DNA from: Candidatus Bruticola sp.
Lineage (GTDB): Bacteria > Vulcanimicrobiota > Xenobia > Xenobiales > Xenobiaceae
Length of the DNA: 37,520 nucleotides
Assembly (NCBI GenBank): GCA_051874735.1
Contig: JBJEGD010000027.1
Span: 1-37,520, forward strand
Direction of reading: 5' to 3'
The notes under the pieces are model-generated. The model saw nothing but the letters and a program-made list of their open reading frames with translations. It searched no databases and had not been told where the DNA came from. The position numbers and the translations under genes are program-made. Positions 18,369 to 28,057 of this stretch are shown here, one piece after another (within the stretch, counting starts at the first letter, position 1; each line of letters opens with the position of its first letter).

Positions 18369-19178
18369 GTGGCTGAGCGGATGAGTGAGTTTTTTTCTTC
18401 AAGAAGTATAGTTCTGCATCGGCGTCGTCTTAATGAAAATTCAGAATTAGTGATATTGCTCAGCCTTGATAAAGGACGCATCGATGCTGTCTGTAGTGGA
18501 TTGAGTAAGCCGCGCAGTGCACTGCGCGGCCAGGTCGAACCTTTCACTGAATTGGACGGATTATTTGTGAAAGGACGCAGTTCGTTGGCTCGCTTGACTC
18601 AGGCAAAGACCGTTAAGGTTAGACCTGTATTTTATGGCGATTACGAATGCCTTTGCTGGGGAGCTTTTCTCTTAGAGCTTTTTTCTGCTGTAGCTCCAGG
18701 CATTCAAGAGGGGGGCTATAGTGCTTCTCCTTCTGAGTGCGCTAGTTTTTTCCAAATTTTATCTGAGGCTCTGGACTATCTAGGATGTTACCCGCGTAAG
18801 GGGCCAGCCGTTTCTATTTGGGTATTAGAACGTTTGCTGAAAATTATGGGGCTGCTGCCTCATTTAACAGAATGTGCAGTATGTGGGAAAACAAAACCGT
18901 TGAAGGCCTTCAACTCTCGTAAAGGTGGTCTAATTTGTGAAGATTGTTTAGGGAACCGTTTGGACAATTTGCTAGTAGAGCCGGAAACAGTGCTGCTGCT
19001 GCAAAAATTTTGCAAAAATTCTTTAGCAAGCTCTTTGCTCGATCGCTTTTTGGCCAAAGTTTATGCTCAGGCTGAGTATGTTTTGTGGAGCCATATTTCT
19101 ATTTACTGTCCGCTCAATTTAAAATCGCGTCGTTTGCTTCGTATAGGAGATAAGAGCCTTGAGAGTTTTAGGCATTGA
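18369..19178 (+). CDS. recO: DNA repair protein RecO
   Basis: N-terminal OB fold (IVL...ENS...G...KPRS.L...EPF), CAVC...CEDC zinc finger, position near era; start may be ATG 18381. Confidence 0.88.
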   Translation: MAERMSEFFSSRSIVLHRRRLNENSELVILLSLDKGRIDAVCSGLSKPRSALRGQVEPFTELDGLFVKGRSSLARLTQAKTVKVRPVFYGDYECLCWGAFLLELFSAVAPGIQEGGYSASPSECASFFQILSEALDYLGCYPRKGPAVSIWVLERLLKIMGLLPHLTECAVCGKTKPLKAFNSRKGGLICEDCLGNRLDNLLVEPETVLLLQKFCKNSLASSLLDRFLAKVYAQAEYVLWSHISIYCPLNLKSRRLLRIGDKSLESFRH

Positions 19179-19605
19179 TTTAGGAGAAAAAAGGATAGGT
19201 TTGGCTATTTCTGATCCTATGGGAATAATCGCCAGTCCGTATGATGTATGGGAAGGACGCGATCGAGATGGGCTGCCCGGACGTATCCGTCATTTAGTTG
19301 AGGAGCGCTCTATCGGTTTAGTAGTAGTCGGTCTACCTAACCGCACTGATCGATTAGGTGGAGAAAAAGCCGAATATTGCACAGCTTTTGCTAAAGAACT
19401 TCAAGAACGTTTAACTGTCCCAGTTGAACTTATGGACGAACGCTTAACAACAGTTATGGCTCATCAAGCTATGTCAGCTGGCGGAGTAAAAGAGAAAAAA
19501 AGACGTCAGTCAGTCGACAAGATTGCGGCCGTATTGATTTTGCAGAGTTGGTTAGATAAGCAGAATCGTCCAATAAATTTAGATCCTCCAGAGTGGAATG
19601 TCTAA
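19159..19605 (+). CDS. yqgF: YqgF/RuvX RNase H-fold pre-16S rRNA nuclease
   Basis: LGIDLGEKRIGLAISD, VVGLP, DERLTT, DKIAAVLILQ; AGGAGA RBS; overlaps recO by 20 nt. Confidence 0.95.
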   Translation: MRVLGIDLGEKRIGLAISDPMGIIASPYDVWEGRDRDGLPGRIRHLVEERSIGLVVVGLPNRTDRLGGEKAEYCTAFAKELQERLTVPVELMDERLTTVMAHQAMSAGGVKEKKRRQSVDKIAAVLILQSWLDKQNRPINLDPPEWNV

Positions 19606-19693
19606 TGTTTGGAAGCTAATGCCGCTTGTTTAGATTGATAATTTTTGTTTGATTGATAAATTGAATTCTGCTTGTGCGCAAATGGAGCCGCTG

Positions 19694-20686
19694 GTGAAAA
19701 AAATATTAGTATTTTTATTAGTCTGCTGTTTAGCTGCTGCGGCGGCTGCCTTTTGGTTATACGATAAATTTAATGAACTTAATCAACCTGTTCAGACAAA
19801 AGCCGTAGCTTCAATTTACAAGGTAGAGTCGGGTACTACCTTGCGCGGTTTAGGTCGCGATTTGGAGAAAAAAAATATTATCCGCTCAGCTTTAGTTTTT
19901 GAATATTGGGGACGAAAATTTGATAGTGGCAGCCGAATTCAAGCTGGTCACTATTTTATCAGCGCGGCTATGCAACCGAAAGAAATTCTGCAGCTTATCA
20001 CTGAAGGCAAAACTGCTTCGCAAAAAATAACCTTCCCCGAGGGACTAACTTTGAAAGAGTGCGCCCGCATAGTTGAAAAACATAAAATAGGTACAGCTGA
20101 CGAGTTTTTGCGTATAACTCAAACTCAAGGAAAAAAATACGGAGATATTTTTCCGAACAATATGGAGGGGTACTTTCTGCCCGATACTTACACCTTGCCC
20201 TTGGATTGCGATACAGAATTCTTAGTTAGAACTGTTGCCGAACGTTTTAAAGAATTGGCTTTACCCTGTCATACTGATAAATCTCCTCTGTCATTAAAAG
20301 ATACTATTATTTTAGCTTCATTAGTAGAGAGGGAAGCACAAGTGGCGGCTGAACGCCCTGTCATTGCTGGCGTGTACGTTAACAGATTAAATAGTGGTAT
20401 GAAGTTAGAATGCGATGCTACGGTTCAATTTGCGCTTGGACGGCAGAAGGAGTATTTGCTGTATCGAGATTTGGAGATAGATTCACCTTATAATACATAT
20501 AAATATGTAGGTTTGCCGGTGGGACCTATATGTAGTCCAGGACTTGACTCTATAAAGGCCGCCTGTAGTCCTAAGCCTAGCCGCTATTATTATTATGTGC
20601 GCAACGATGTGAAAGGAGACGGAAGTCATGTATTTGGACAAGACTTCGGAGAGCACCAAAACAACATTAGAAAATATCAACTGTGA
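19694..20686 (+). CDS. mltG: Endolytic transglycosylase MltG
   Basis: N-terminal TM, TFPEG, EGYFLPDTY, LASLVERE, IAGVYVNRL, SPYNTY...GLPVGPICSPG; start likely GTG 19694 (GGAG RBS), track start 19649. Confidence 0.95.
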   Translation: MKKILVFLLVCCLAAAAAAFWLYDKFNELNQPVQTKAVASIYKVESGTTLRGLGRDLEKKNIIRSALVFEYWGRKFDSGSRIQAGHYFISAAMQPKEILQLITEGKTASQKITFPEGLTLKECARIVEKHKIGTADEFLRITQTQGKKYGDIFPNNMEGYFLPDTYTLPLDCDTEFLVRTVAERFKELALPCHTDKSPLSLKDTIILASLVEREAQVAAERPVIAGVYVNRLNSGMKLECDATVQFALGRQKEYLLYRDLEIDSPYNTYKYVGLPVGPICSPGLDSIKAACSPKPSRYYYYVRNDVKGDGSHVFGQDFGEHQNNIRKYQL

Positions 20687-21380
20687 TCCGAGCAACAATA
20701 TAAAAGGATCTTCTATCATTATTGGTATAGCTGGAGGAACCGGTTCTGGAAAAACTACAGTAGCCCGTAAATTAAAAGAATCTTATCCTCCCCATTTAGT
20801 TGAGGTGATAGCTCAAGATTCTTACTACAAAGATCAATCTGATATTCCTTTGGAAGAGCGTCCTAAAACGAATTACGATCATCCTGACGCTTACGACAAT
20901 GATCTTCTGATTCAGCATTTAGATGCTCTGCGTCGAGGGGAGGAAGTTAAGCAGCCCGTTTATTCTTTTACCTGCCATAACCGCTGCAAAGAGACAAAAT
21001 TGGTGAAGCCAGCCCATATCCTTATTGTTGAGGGCATATTAGCATTGTATGATCCTAGGCTGCGTGAGCGCATGGATGTAAAAATTTTTGTTCAGACTGA
21101 CGCTGATGTGCGGTTTATACGTCGTTTAAAGCGTGACATTGCAGAGCGTGGTCGCAAGCTGGATGATGTTATCGAACAGTATAGGAATGTTGTTCGCCCG
21201 ATGCATATGCTCTATACCGAACCGACTAAACGATATGCTGATATTATCATTCCCGAGGGCGGTTCTAATGCTGTAGCTATAGGCATGGTTAGAGCTTGGA
21301 TAGAGCAGGTTGTGGCTAGAGCTAAAGCCGGACTTCCTCCCTGGGTTAATTATTTTGCTCAAGAAGCGGAAACGTTTTAA
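20628..21380 (+). CDS. udk: Uridine kinase
   Basis: GIAGGTGSGKTT, QDSYY, NYDHPDA, VEGIL, RRLKRDIAERGR, EPTKRYADIIIP. Confidence 0.96.
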   Translation: MYLDKTSESTKTTLENINCDPSNNIKGSSIIIGIAGGTGSGKTTVARKLKESYPPHLVEVIAQDSYYKDQSDIPLEERPKTNYDHPDAYDNDLLIQHLDALRRGEEVKQPVYSFTCHNRCKETKLVKPAHILIVEGILALYDPRLRERMDVKIFVQTDADVRFIRRLKRDIAERGRKLDDVIEQYRNVVRPMHMLYTEPTKRYADIIIPEGGSNAVAIGMVRAWIEQVVARAKAGLPPWVNYFAQEAETF

Positions 21381-21626
21381 TTTTTTTTCGCGAGTTGTTG
21401 TCTTATTTTGATCGTAAGTGTTTGTCTTATTATTTAGGGAAATGGCCGTTAAATTCCAATTTAGCGGTACTTTTTTTACTTTTCATTCAAGAATTTATCC
21501 CTAGAAACAGGATTAAATATTACTTTGCTTGAAGCAGTTCAACCCAGTTGGCGTGTAGTTTTTTCCTGTTTTCATGAAAAATAAAATCTGCGTCGAGTGA
21601 AATGCTGGCAACGGAGTGAGTTTGGG

Positions 21627-23366
21627 ATGGTTAGCAAAAGTCCAGAAGAAATTGGAGCTATGCTTGTTGAAGAGGGCTTTATTACTGTACGTCAGTTAGA
21701 AAAGGCCAAAGTTCAAGCAGAAAACACCAAAGAACCCTTACAGAAAGTTTTAGTGGCTAAAGGGTTTGTCACCGATAAAGATATCGTCGAGTCTCTAGGT
21801 AAGGCCATGAATGTGGCTTTTGTCGATCTAGATGAAAAACACCTAGATTCTGAATTGGTTAAGTCTATTCCCGAACACTTGGCCAAACGATATAACGTTA
21901 TTCCCGTAGAGCAGCGTGACAATAAACTCACTTTGGCAATGGTCGATCCGCTCAACGTATTGGCTATTGACGACATCCGATTAATTACCGGATTCGATAT
22001 TAAACCTGTTATTGCCACAGAAGACGCTATAAAAAAAGCTATAAGTACCATGTTTGGTACTACTGATATGGTCGCTGTAGACGATGCCGTCAAAGACCTG
22101 GCAGAAACTGATTTCGGTGGTATGGAGGTCGAGGACGATATTGAAGAGAGTGAAGTCGATATTAATAAACTCAAGGAGTTAGTCGATGAAGCTCCTATTG
22201 TGCGCGTAGTAAACTTAATTATTTCCCAGGCTATTAACGATAAGGCTTCCGACATCCATATCGAGCCTGAGGCTCGTAACGTGAAAGTGCGCTACCGCGT
22301 TGACGGTGTTTTGCACGATGTGATGAGCCCGCCTAAGCACATTCAGGCACCGATGGTCTCTCGTATTAAAATTATGTCCAATATGGACATCGCTGAGCGC
22401 CGTATTCCTCAAGATGGTAAGATTCACTTGCGTCATGATGGTCGTGAGTTCGACTTGCGTGTATCTACAGTTCCTTGTATTCACGGCGAAAAAGTGGTTA
22501 TGCGTGTTTTGGATCGCGGTTCTGTTATGCTTGGTCTGAATAAACTCGGTTTTTCTGATGTGAACCAGCGTATGTTCGAAGATGTAGTAGAAAAACCTTA
22601 CGGCATGATTTTGGTTACAGGTCCTACTGGTTCAGGTAAGTCAACTACTTTGTATTCCTGTCTTAATAAGTTGAATACGGGATTGACCAATATTTTAACT
22701 ATTGAGGACCCTGTGGAGTATCAGCTTCCAGGTATTAACCAGGTGCAGGTCAACAACAAAGCTGATTTAACTTTCGCTTCTGCTTTGCGTGCCTTCTTGC
22801 GTCAAGACCCCGATATTATTATGGTCGGTGAGATCCGTGATACAGAAACGGCCAGAATCGCTGTAGAAGCTGCTCTTACCGGACACTTAGTGCTTTCAAC
22901 GTTGCACACCAACGACGCTTCAGGTGCAATCTCTCGTCTGGTTGAAATGGGTGTAGAGCCGTTCTTGGTAGCTTCTTCTGTAATTGGTGTGCTTGGTCAG
23001 CGCTTGGCCAGAACTATCTGCCCTAACTGTAAAGAACCTTATGAGCCTACCCCTGAAGCCGTGCGTCGCTTCGGTCTCTCTATGTACTCAGATACCACCA
23101 TTAACTTCTACAGAGGGCGCGGTTGCGATAACTGCAAAATGACCGGATACCGCGGACGTACAGGCATTCATGAAATTCTTACTATTAGCGATCGCGTGCG
23201 TGCCTTAATTCTACATCGTAGTTCTACTGCAGAAATTAAGCAGGCGGCTATCGAAGAAGGTATGCGCACCATGCAGGATGACGCTTTGGCTAAAGTTCTT
23301 TCCGGTGTCACTTCCATGGAAGAGAGTTTGCGTGTAGTTTATGTAGAGAGCTCTGGCGAATTCTAG
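21627..23366 (+). CDS. pilB: Type IV pilus extension ATPase PilB with N-terminal MshEN-like domain
   Basis: ASDIHIEP, DIAERRIPQDG, GPTGSGKSTT, LRQDPDIIMVGEIRD, STLHTN, CPNC...CDNC; start likely ATG 21627 (track 21597). Confidence 0.96.
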   Translation: MVSKSPEEIGAMLVEEGFITVRQLEKAKVQAENTKEPLQKVLVAKGFVTDKDIVESLGKAMNVAFVDLDEKHLDSELVKSIPEHLAKRYNVIPVEQRDNKLTLAMVDPLNVLAIDDIRLITGFDIKPVIATEDAIKKAISTMFGTTDMVAVDDAVKDLAETDFGGMEVEDDIEESEVDINKLKELVDEAPIVRVVNLIISQAINDKASDIHIEPEARNVKVRYRVDGVLHDVMSPPKHIQAPMVSRIKIMSNMDIAERRIPQDGKIHLRHDGREFDLRVSTVPCIHGEKVVMRVLDRGSVMLGLNKLGFSDVNQRMFEDVVEKPYGMILVTGPTGSGKSTTLYSCLNKLNTGLTNILTIEDPVEYQLPGINQVQVNNKADLTFASALRAFLRQDPDIIMVGEIRDTETARIAVEAALTGHLVLSTLHTNDASGAISRLVEMGVEPFLVASSVIGVLGQRLARTICPNCKEPYEPTPEAVRRFGLSMYSDTTINFYRGRGCDNCKMTGYRGRTGIHEILTISDRVRALILHRSSTAEIKQAAIEEGMRTMQDDALAKVLSGVTSMEESLRVVYVESSGEF

Positions 23367-23614
23367 AGAAGTTCGCCTACTCTAGAAAGCTTCAAGAGAA
23401 TAAGCCTTCAATTGAGTGAAGTTTCTTTTCTTGGAGCTTTCATCTGTATAAGTTTTTTTTACCGTGCTGCAGGGCTAGCTAGTTCGCTTTAGTCGGATGG
23501 AGGAATGGGCGTCTGCTTGGCCTATGAGTTTGTGTGAGCATGCTCGTAAGCCGGCCTGTAAAGCGGTTTTATCTGTTAACGTTAGGCTAAAGCTCAATAT
23601 TTGGAGGTCAAAAT

Positions 23615-24706
23615 ATGTCAGTGGCATCTGCGTTCCGCTATACAATGGACGATTTGCTTAAACTTACCGTTGAGAAGGGCGCTTCCGACTTACATTTGTC
23701 CGTAGGTCTTCCCCCTATTTTGCGTATTAGCGGTAAGCTTACTCCTACCGAACTGCCTCGTCTTGTGTCTGATGACAGTAAACGCTTAATTTACAGTATC
23801 TTAAATGAGCGTCAGAAAGAGAAATTTGAAAAGACCTGGGAATTAGACTGCTCTCACGGTGTACGTGACTATGGACGCTTCCGCGTTAATGTTTTTAAGC
23901 AGCGTGGTAATGTAGGCGCAACTTTGCGTGCTATTTCCAGCGTTATCCCTTCTCGTGCTGAGCTTAACCTGCCTCCAGTTATTGAAGATATGGTGCGCAG
24001 TCCTCAGGGATTGATTTTGGTTACCGGTGCTACTGGTCAAGGTAAATCTACTACTTTGGCCTGTATGTTAGATTTGATAAACTCTGAGCACAATTTCCAT
24101 ATTTTAACTATTGAAGACCCTATTGAGTACGTTCATTTCCACAAAAAGTCTATGATTAACCAGCGCGAGCTGGGGCAAGATACTATGAGTTGGGCTAATG
24201 CTTTGCGTTCTTCGTTGCGTGAAGACCCCGATGTAATTTTGGTCGGTGAGATGCGCGACTTAGATACAATGGCCGGTACTCTGACGGCTGCCGAAACTGG
24301 ACACTTGGTGTTCTCTACTTTGCATACTTGTGACGCCTCTCAGACCGTGGATCGCATCGTTGACGTCTTCCCTCCGCATCAGCAGCAGCAGATTCGTATC
24401 CAGTTGGCTTCTGTTCTTGAAGGCGTTTTCTCTCAGCAGTTGATTCCTCATGCTTCCGGTAAGGGGCGTGTGCCGGCTGTTGAGGTTATGATTACCACTT
24501 CTGCTGTACGCAATCTGATTCGTGAGGGCAAGAGCCACCAGATTTATAATGCTATCCAGACAGGCTCTAAGCATGGTATGCAGACAATGGAACAGGCATT
24601 GCTTGATTTGTATAATACGAAGCAGATTACTATGGAAGAAGCTCTCAATCACACAACCCACGCTGACGACCTGCGCCGTATGATTGAAAATTCTAACCGC
24701 AAGTAG
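23615..24706 (+). CDS. pilT: Type IV pilus retraction ATPase PilT
   Basis: ASDLHL, GATGQGKSTT, LREDPDVILVGEMRD, AAETGHLVFSTLH, AVRNLIRE motif; GGAGG RBS. Confidence 0.97.
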   Translation: MSVASAFRYTMDDLLKLTVEKGASDLHLSVGLPPILRISGKLTPTELPRLVSDDSKRLIYSILNERQKEKFEKTWELDCSHGVRDYGRFRVNVFKQRGNVGATLRAISSVIPSRAELNLPPVIEDMVRSPQGLILVTGATGQGKSTTLACMLDLINSEHNFHILTIEDPIEYVHFHKKSMINQRELGQDTMSWANALRSSLREDPDVILVGEMRDLDTMAGTLTAAETGHLVFSTLHTCDASQTVDRIVDVFPPHQQQQIRIQLASVLEGVFSQQLIPHASGKGRVPAVEVMITTSAVRNLIREGKSHQIYNAIQTGSKHGMQTMEQALLDLYNTKQITMEEALNHTTHADDLRRMIENSNRK

Positions 24707-24826
24707 TGCTTGATAAGCACTTGGCTGTAGGAAGGAATATTGCGCTGCTATCGAAAGAACAGTAGTTATGTAGATAGGTCAGCTGTCTTTGGGATAGTTG
24801 GGAGATGAATAGGAGGTATTGTAGTT

Positions 24827-24892
24827 ATGTCAGCTATTTGGTGGCTCGTGCCCGTTATGTGCATTCTTGTTGGTTCTTTGTCTCGCATCTAG
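24827..24892 (+). CDS. Putative small hydrophobic protein (21 aa, MSAIWWLVPVMCILVGSLSRI)
   Basis: AGGAGG at 24811-24816, 10 nt before the ATG; mostly hydrophobic; too short for the ORF track. Confidence 0.4.
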   Translation: MSAIWWLVPVMCILVGSLSRI

Positions 24893-24934
24893 TTTTTAAT
24901 TGAAGAGAGTTGTTGCAAGGAGGGTTAGGCGCCA

Positions 24935-26164
24935 ATGCCTGTCTTCGTATACGAAGCACGTGATCAAGAGGGTCAGATAAGAAAAGACCAATTGGAAGCT
25001 CCCAATATCAGAGCTGCCCAAAAGATCGTCCAACAGGACATGAAGATGACCATCGTTAAGATGGAACAGCGATCTGGCAGCGCTGCCGACGGAGATGTCT
25101 TCGGCTGGCTCCAGAATATGAAGAAAGTCGATGAGCAGGCGCTTACGGTTTTTAGTAGACAGTTTGCCACGATGATTAACGCTGGTTTGGCAATGGTCCG
25201 TTGCCTTGACATTTTGTCTGAGCAAACTGAAGACAAAAAGTTGCAACAGGTTCTCGTCCAAGTTAGGCGCGATGTGGAAGGCGGTTCAACTTTATCGAGC
25301 GCTTTGCAAAAACACCCCGATGTATTCTCAACGCTTTATCACAGTATGGTAAAGGCTGGCGAGATGGGCGGTGTGCTCGATGAAGTTTTGGAACGTCTGG
25401 CCGGATTTATGGAGAAAGATTTCGCCTTAAAGAAGAAGGTGAAAGCGGCTTTGACATATCCTGTGGTTATCTTAGTTATGGCCATGGGTATTGTGTTCTT
25501 CTTAGTTACTTACATTCTGCCTACGTTCGTATCTCTGTTTGAGGGTATGAACTTGCAGCTGCCTTTGCCTACCAGAATCTTGATAGGCCTTACAAAGATG
25601 GCCAGAAATCCTGTAGTTCTGTTTATAGTCTTTGTCTGTGGTGGCTTGTTGATAGTCCTTTTGAAGAGGTATATAGAGACTCCAGCTGGACGCAAACAGT
25701 ACGACCAGCTCAAGTTGAATTTGCCTGTGTTCGGACTGTTAAACAAGAAAGTTGCTATTTCCCGTTTCTGCCGTACTTTGGGTACCTTGCTTTCTTCAGG
25801 TGTACCTATTATGCAGTCCTTGGAAATTGTAGGTAAAGCTTCAGGTAATGAAGTTATTGCAGCAACGGTTACCCGTATACGTGACAGCATACGCGAGGGT
25901 GAAAGTATCGCTTCGCCTTTGGGTGCTTCCGGTATGTTCCCTCCGATGGTAACTCAGATGGTGGCCGTAGGTGAGGAAACTGGTAATTTAGATGCCATGC
26001 TTTCTAAGATAGCAGATTTCTATGATACCGAAGTGGATTATTTACTTTCCTCTTTAACTTCAATGTTAGAGCCTATCATGATTGTTGGTATGGGTGGTAT
26101 CGTCGGTTTCATTGTTATCTCCGTGTTCCTGCCTCTGTATCAGTTGGTCGGAAGTATGGCCTAG
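24935..26164 (+). CDS. pilC: Type IV pilus platform protein PilC
   Basis: FSRQFATMINAG, AGEMGGVLD, ALTYP, VGEETGNLD, LEP; two T2SS-F domains and three TM segments. Confidence 0.97.
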   Translation: MPVFVYEARDQEGQIRKDQLEAPNIRAAQKIVQQDMKMTIVKMEQRSGSAADGDVFGWLQNMKKVDEQALTVFSRQFATMINAGLAMVRCLDILSEQTEDKKLQQVLVQVRRDVEGGSTLSSALQKHPDVFSTLYHSMVKAGEMGGVLDEVLERLAGFMEKDFALKKKVKAALTYPVVILVMAMGIVFFLVTYILPTFVSLFEGMNLQLPLPTRILIGLTKMARNPVVLFIVFVCGGLLIVLLKRYIETPAGRKQYDQLKLNLPVFGLLNKKVAISRFCRTLGTLLSSGVPIMQSLEIVGKASGNEVIAATVTRIRDSIREGESIASPLGASGMFPPMVTQMVAVGEETGNLDAMLSKIADFYDTEVDYLLSSLTSMLEPIMIVGMGGIVGFIVISVFLPLYQLVGSMA

Positions 26165-26221
26165 TGCCCATCGCCAGTTTGTTTTCAATTGCTGGATTCG
26201 AACTGTTGCCTGTAGTTTGTT

Positions 26222-26270
26222 AAAGAAGCTCTTCGTTAACCTTTATGGGGGCGAAGGGTTTCTTTTGTTT
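26222..26270 (+). terminator. Intrinsic terminator after pilC
   Basis: AAAGAAGCTCTTCGTT...GGCGAAGGGTTTCTTT followed by a T-rich tail. Confidence 0.65.
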
Positions 26271-26422
26271 TCTTGATTATTTTTTATGCTGATGTGAATA
26301 AGTAGTTATGAAAATAACTTACTTAAGTTTTTGCCGTAAATATCGGCTCTATATTGAGCTTGACTTTGCTGTAAAGGTGATAATTTTTTTGTAAAATTAG
26401 GGATAATTGCTTTTTTTAGCTA

Positions 26423-26451
26423 TTGATAAAAATTAGCTTCTATATTATCAT
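26423..26451 (+). promoter_or_regulatory. Putative sigma70 promoter of pilA
   Basis: TTGATA-17 nt-TATCAT. Confidence 0.55.
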
Positions 26452-26531
26452 TATAGATAGCTGCAGGGTTTATTGCTACGGCGAAATTCTGTCAGAACTG
26501 CATTCATAGATATTTTGGAGGAAATCATCAG

Positions 26532-26996
26532 ATGATGCATCGCGTCTCTTCTCGTAAGGGTTTCACCCTAATCGAGCTCATGATTGTAATCGCTATTATC
26601 GCTATTTTGGCTGCCATCTTGGTGCCTAACTTCATCCGCGCTCGTGCTCAGGGCCAGGTGACCTCTTGCAAGTCTAACTTGAAGAACATCGGTACCGCTT
26701 GCGAAATGTACGCTACTGACAACGGCGGTCGTTATCCTCAGAGCTTACAGATCCTCACTCAGTCTGCTCAGGGCCAGCAGCCCTACTTGAAGCAGATTCC
26801 TAAGTGCCCTTCCGCTGGTACTTCCGATCCTTACAACAGCTTCACCTCTTCTATGAACCCCGACGTTTACACCGTTTTCTGCCAGGGTTCCAACCACACC
26901 GCTGCCGGCTGCGAAGCTGACTATCCTAAGTTCACTGCTACCCAGGGTCTGATCGAGAACCAGGCCGCTGACCCCGACAAGAACGGTAGTAAGTAG
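26532..26996 (+). CDS. pilA: Major type IV pilin
   Basis: RKG|[22 protein letters not shown] class III signal; GGAGG RBS; own putative promoter and terminator; strong codon bias. Confidence 0.92.
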   Translation: MMHRVSSRKGFTLIELMIVIAIIAILAAILVPNFIRARAQGQVTSCKSNLKNIGTACEMYATDNGGRYPQSLQILTQSAQGQQPYLKQIPKCPSAGTSDPYNSFTSSMNPDVYTVFCQGSNHTAAGCEADYPKFTATQGLIENQAADPDKNGSK

Positions 26997-27038
26997 TTTG
27001 CACTTAGCTGTTTAGCTTGTTTGGGCTGATATAGCTTA

Positions 27039-27079
27039 AAAAAGAGAAGGGATTCTATTTTTTTATCCCTTCTCTTTTT
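27039..27079 (+). terminator. Intrinsic terminator after pilA
   Basis: AAAAAGAGAAGGGAT...ATCCCTTCTCTTTTT perfect 15-bp inverted repeat. Confidence 0.88.
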
Positions 27080-27100
27080 ATTTTACCTCGTGTTTTTTTA

Positions 27101-27129
27101 TTGACACTGTTTTAAGTTTGTTTTAACCT
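27101..27129 (+). promoter_or_regulatory. Putative sigma70 promoter of pilD
   Basis: TTGACA-17 nt-TAACCT directly after the pilA terminator. Confidence 0.65.
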
Positions 27130-27166
27130 CTATAGAATTGCAACTAACTAGGAGCATATTCTTTTC

Positions 27167-28057
27167 ATGCTGGAAGAACTGTGTAGCGCTAATTTTGTAG
27201 GTGCTGTAATCGTCTTTATCTATGGTTCTTTAATCGGTAGTTTCCTTAATGTTGTTATCTACCGTCTTCCTCTAGAGCGCTCTATTGTCTATCCTGGCTC
27301 TGCTTGTGGAACTTGTGGTACTCCGTTAATCTGGTGGGAAAATCTTCCTATAATTGCTTATTTCTATCTAGGTGGGCGATGCCGGGTTTGCGGCAGCTCT
27401 TATTCGTGGCGCTATGCCGCTGTTGAGGCGTTTACAGCTGCAGCTTCAGTTTTTCTTTTTTATTTTTATAATGGTGTAAATGCTCAATTCCTTTATAGCT
27501 TTCTTTTTCTTTGTCTACTTTTGGTAGTTTTTTTTACTGATTTTGATCACTGGATTATTCTCGACTCTATATCTTACGGAGGTATAGCGGCAGGTGTCAT
27601 CGGAGCTTATTTTGTACCTTTGCGAGCTGATTTTACTTTCTTTGACTTTTCGCTTTTGCCTGAAAGTTGGAGAGTTTATGAAGCTATGCAATGCCCTTGG
27701 CTGAACGTACTTTCCTCAGTCTATGGTATTGCTATAGGAACTGCTTTTTATTGGTCAATTCAGTATGTGGGAAAAATAATTAGCCGTCAGGAAGCTATGG
27801 GCAGTGGAGATATAAAATTGGCGGCAATGATTGGGGCTTTTTTAGGCTGGAGTTTAGGAATTGTCTCCTTTTTTATCAGCTTTGTCTTAGGAGCAGTTTT
27901 TGCCATATTTATGATGATCTTCTCCAAAAAGAGAAGTAAAGATCCTCTTCCGTTAGGTACTTTTATGGCTATCGGTGGCTTTTTATGTATGCTTTTTAAT
28001 AATACGATTACCGATTTTATTTATCATTGGCCTTTTTATATAGGACTGTGGGATTGA
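27167..28057 (+). CDS. pilD: Prepilin peptidase/N-methyltransferase PilD
   Basis: GSFLNVVIYRLP, CGTC...CRVC zinc site, catalytic Asp in FTD and GSGDIK, multiple TM helices. Confidence 0.96.
   Translation: MLEELCSANFVGAVIVFIYGSLIGSFLNVVIYRLPLERSIVYPGSACGTCGTPLIWWENLPIIAYFYLGGRCRVCGSSYSWRYAAVEAFTAAASVFLFYFYNGVNAQFLYSFLFLCLLLVVFFTDFDHWIILDSISYGGIAAGVIGAYFVPLRADFTFFDFSLLPESWRVYEAMQCPWLNVLSSVYGIAIGTAFYWSIQYVGKIISRQEAMGSGDIKLAAMIGAFLGWSLGIVSFFISFVLGAVFAIFMMIFSKKRSKDPLPLGTFMAIGGFLCMLFNNTITDFIYHWPFYIGLWD

Noticed and set aside
24827-24892. trp attenuator leader peptide (tandem Trp codons)
   Set aside because: No trp genes downstream and no clear terminator/antiterminator after the ORF; kept only as a small-ORF candidate
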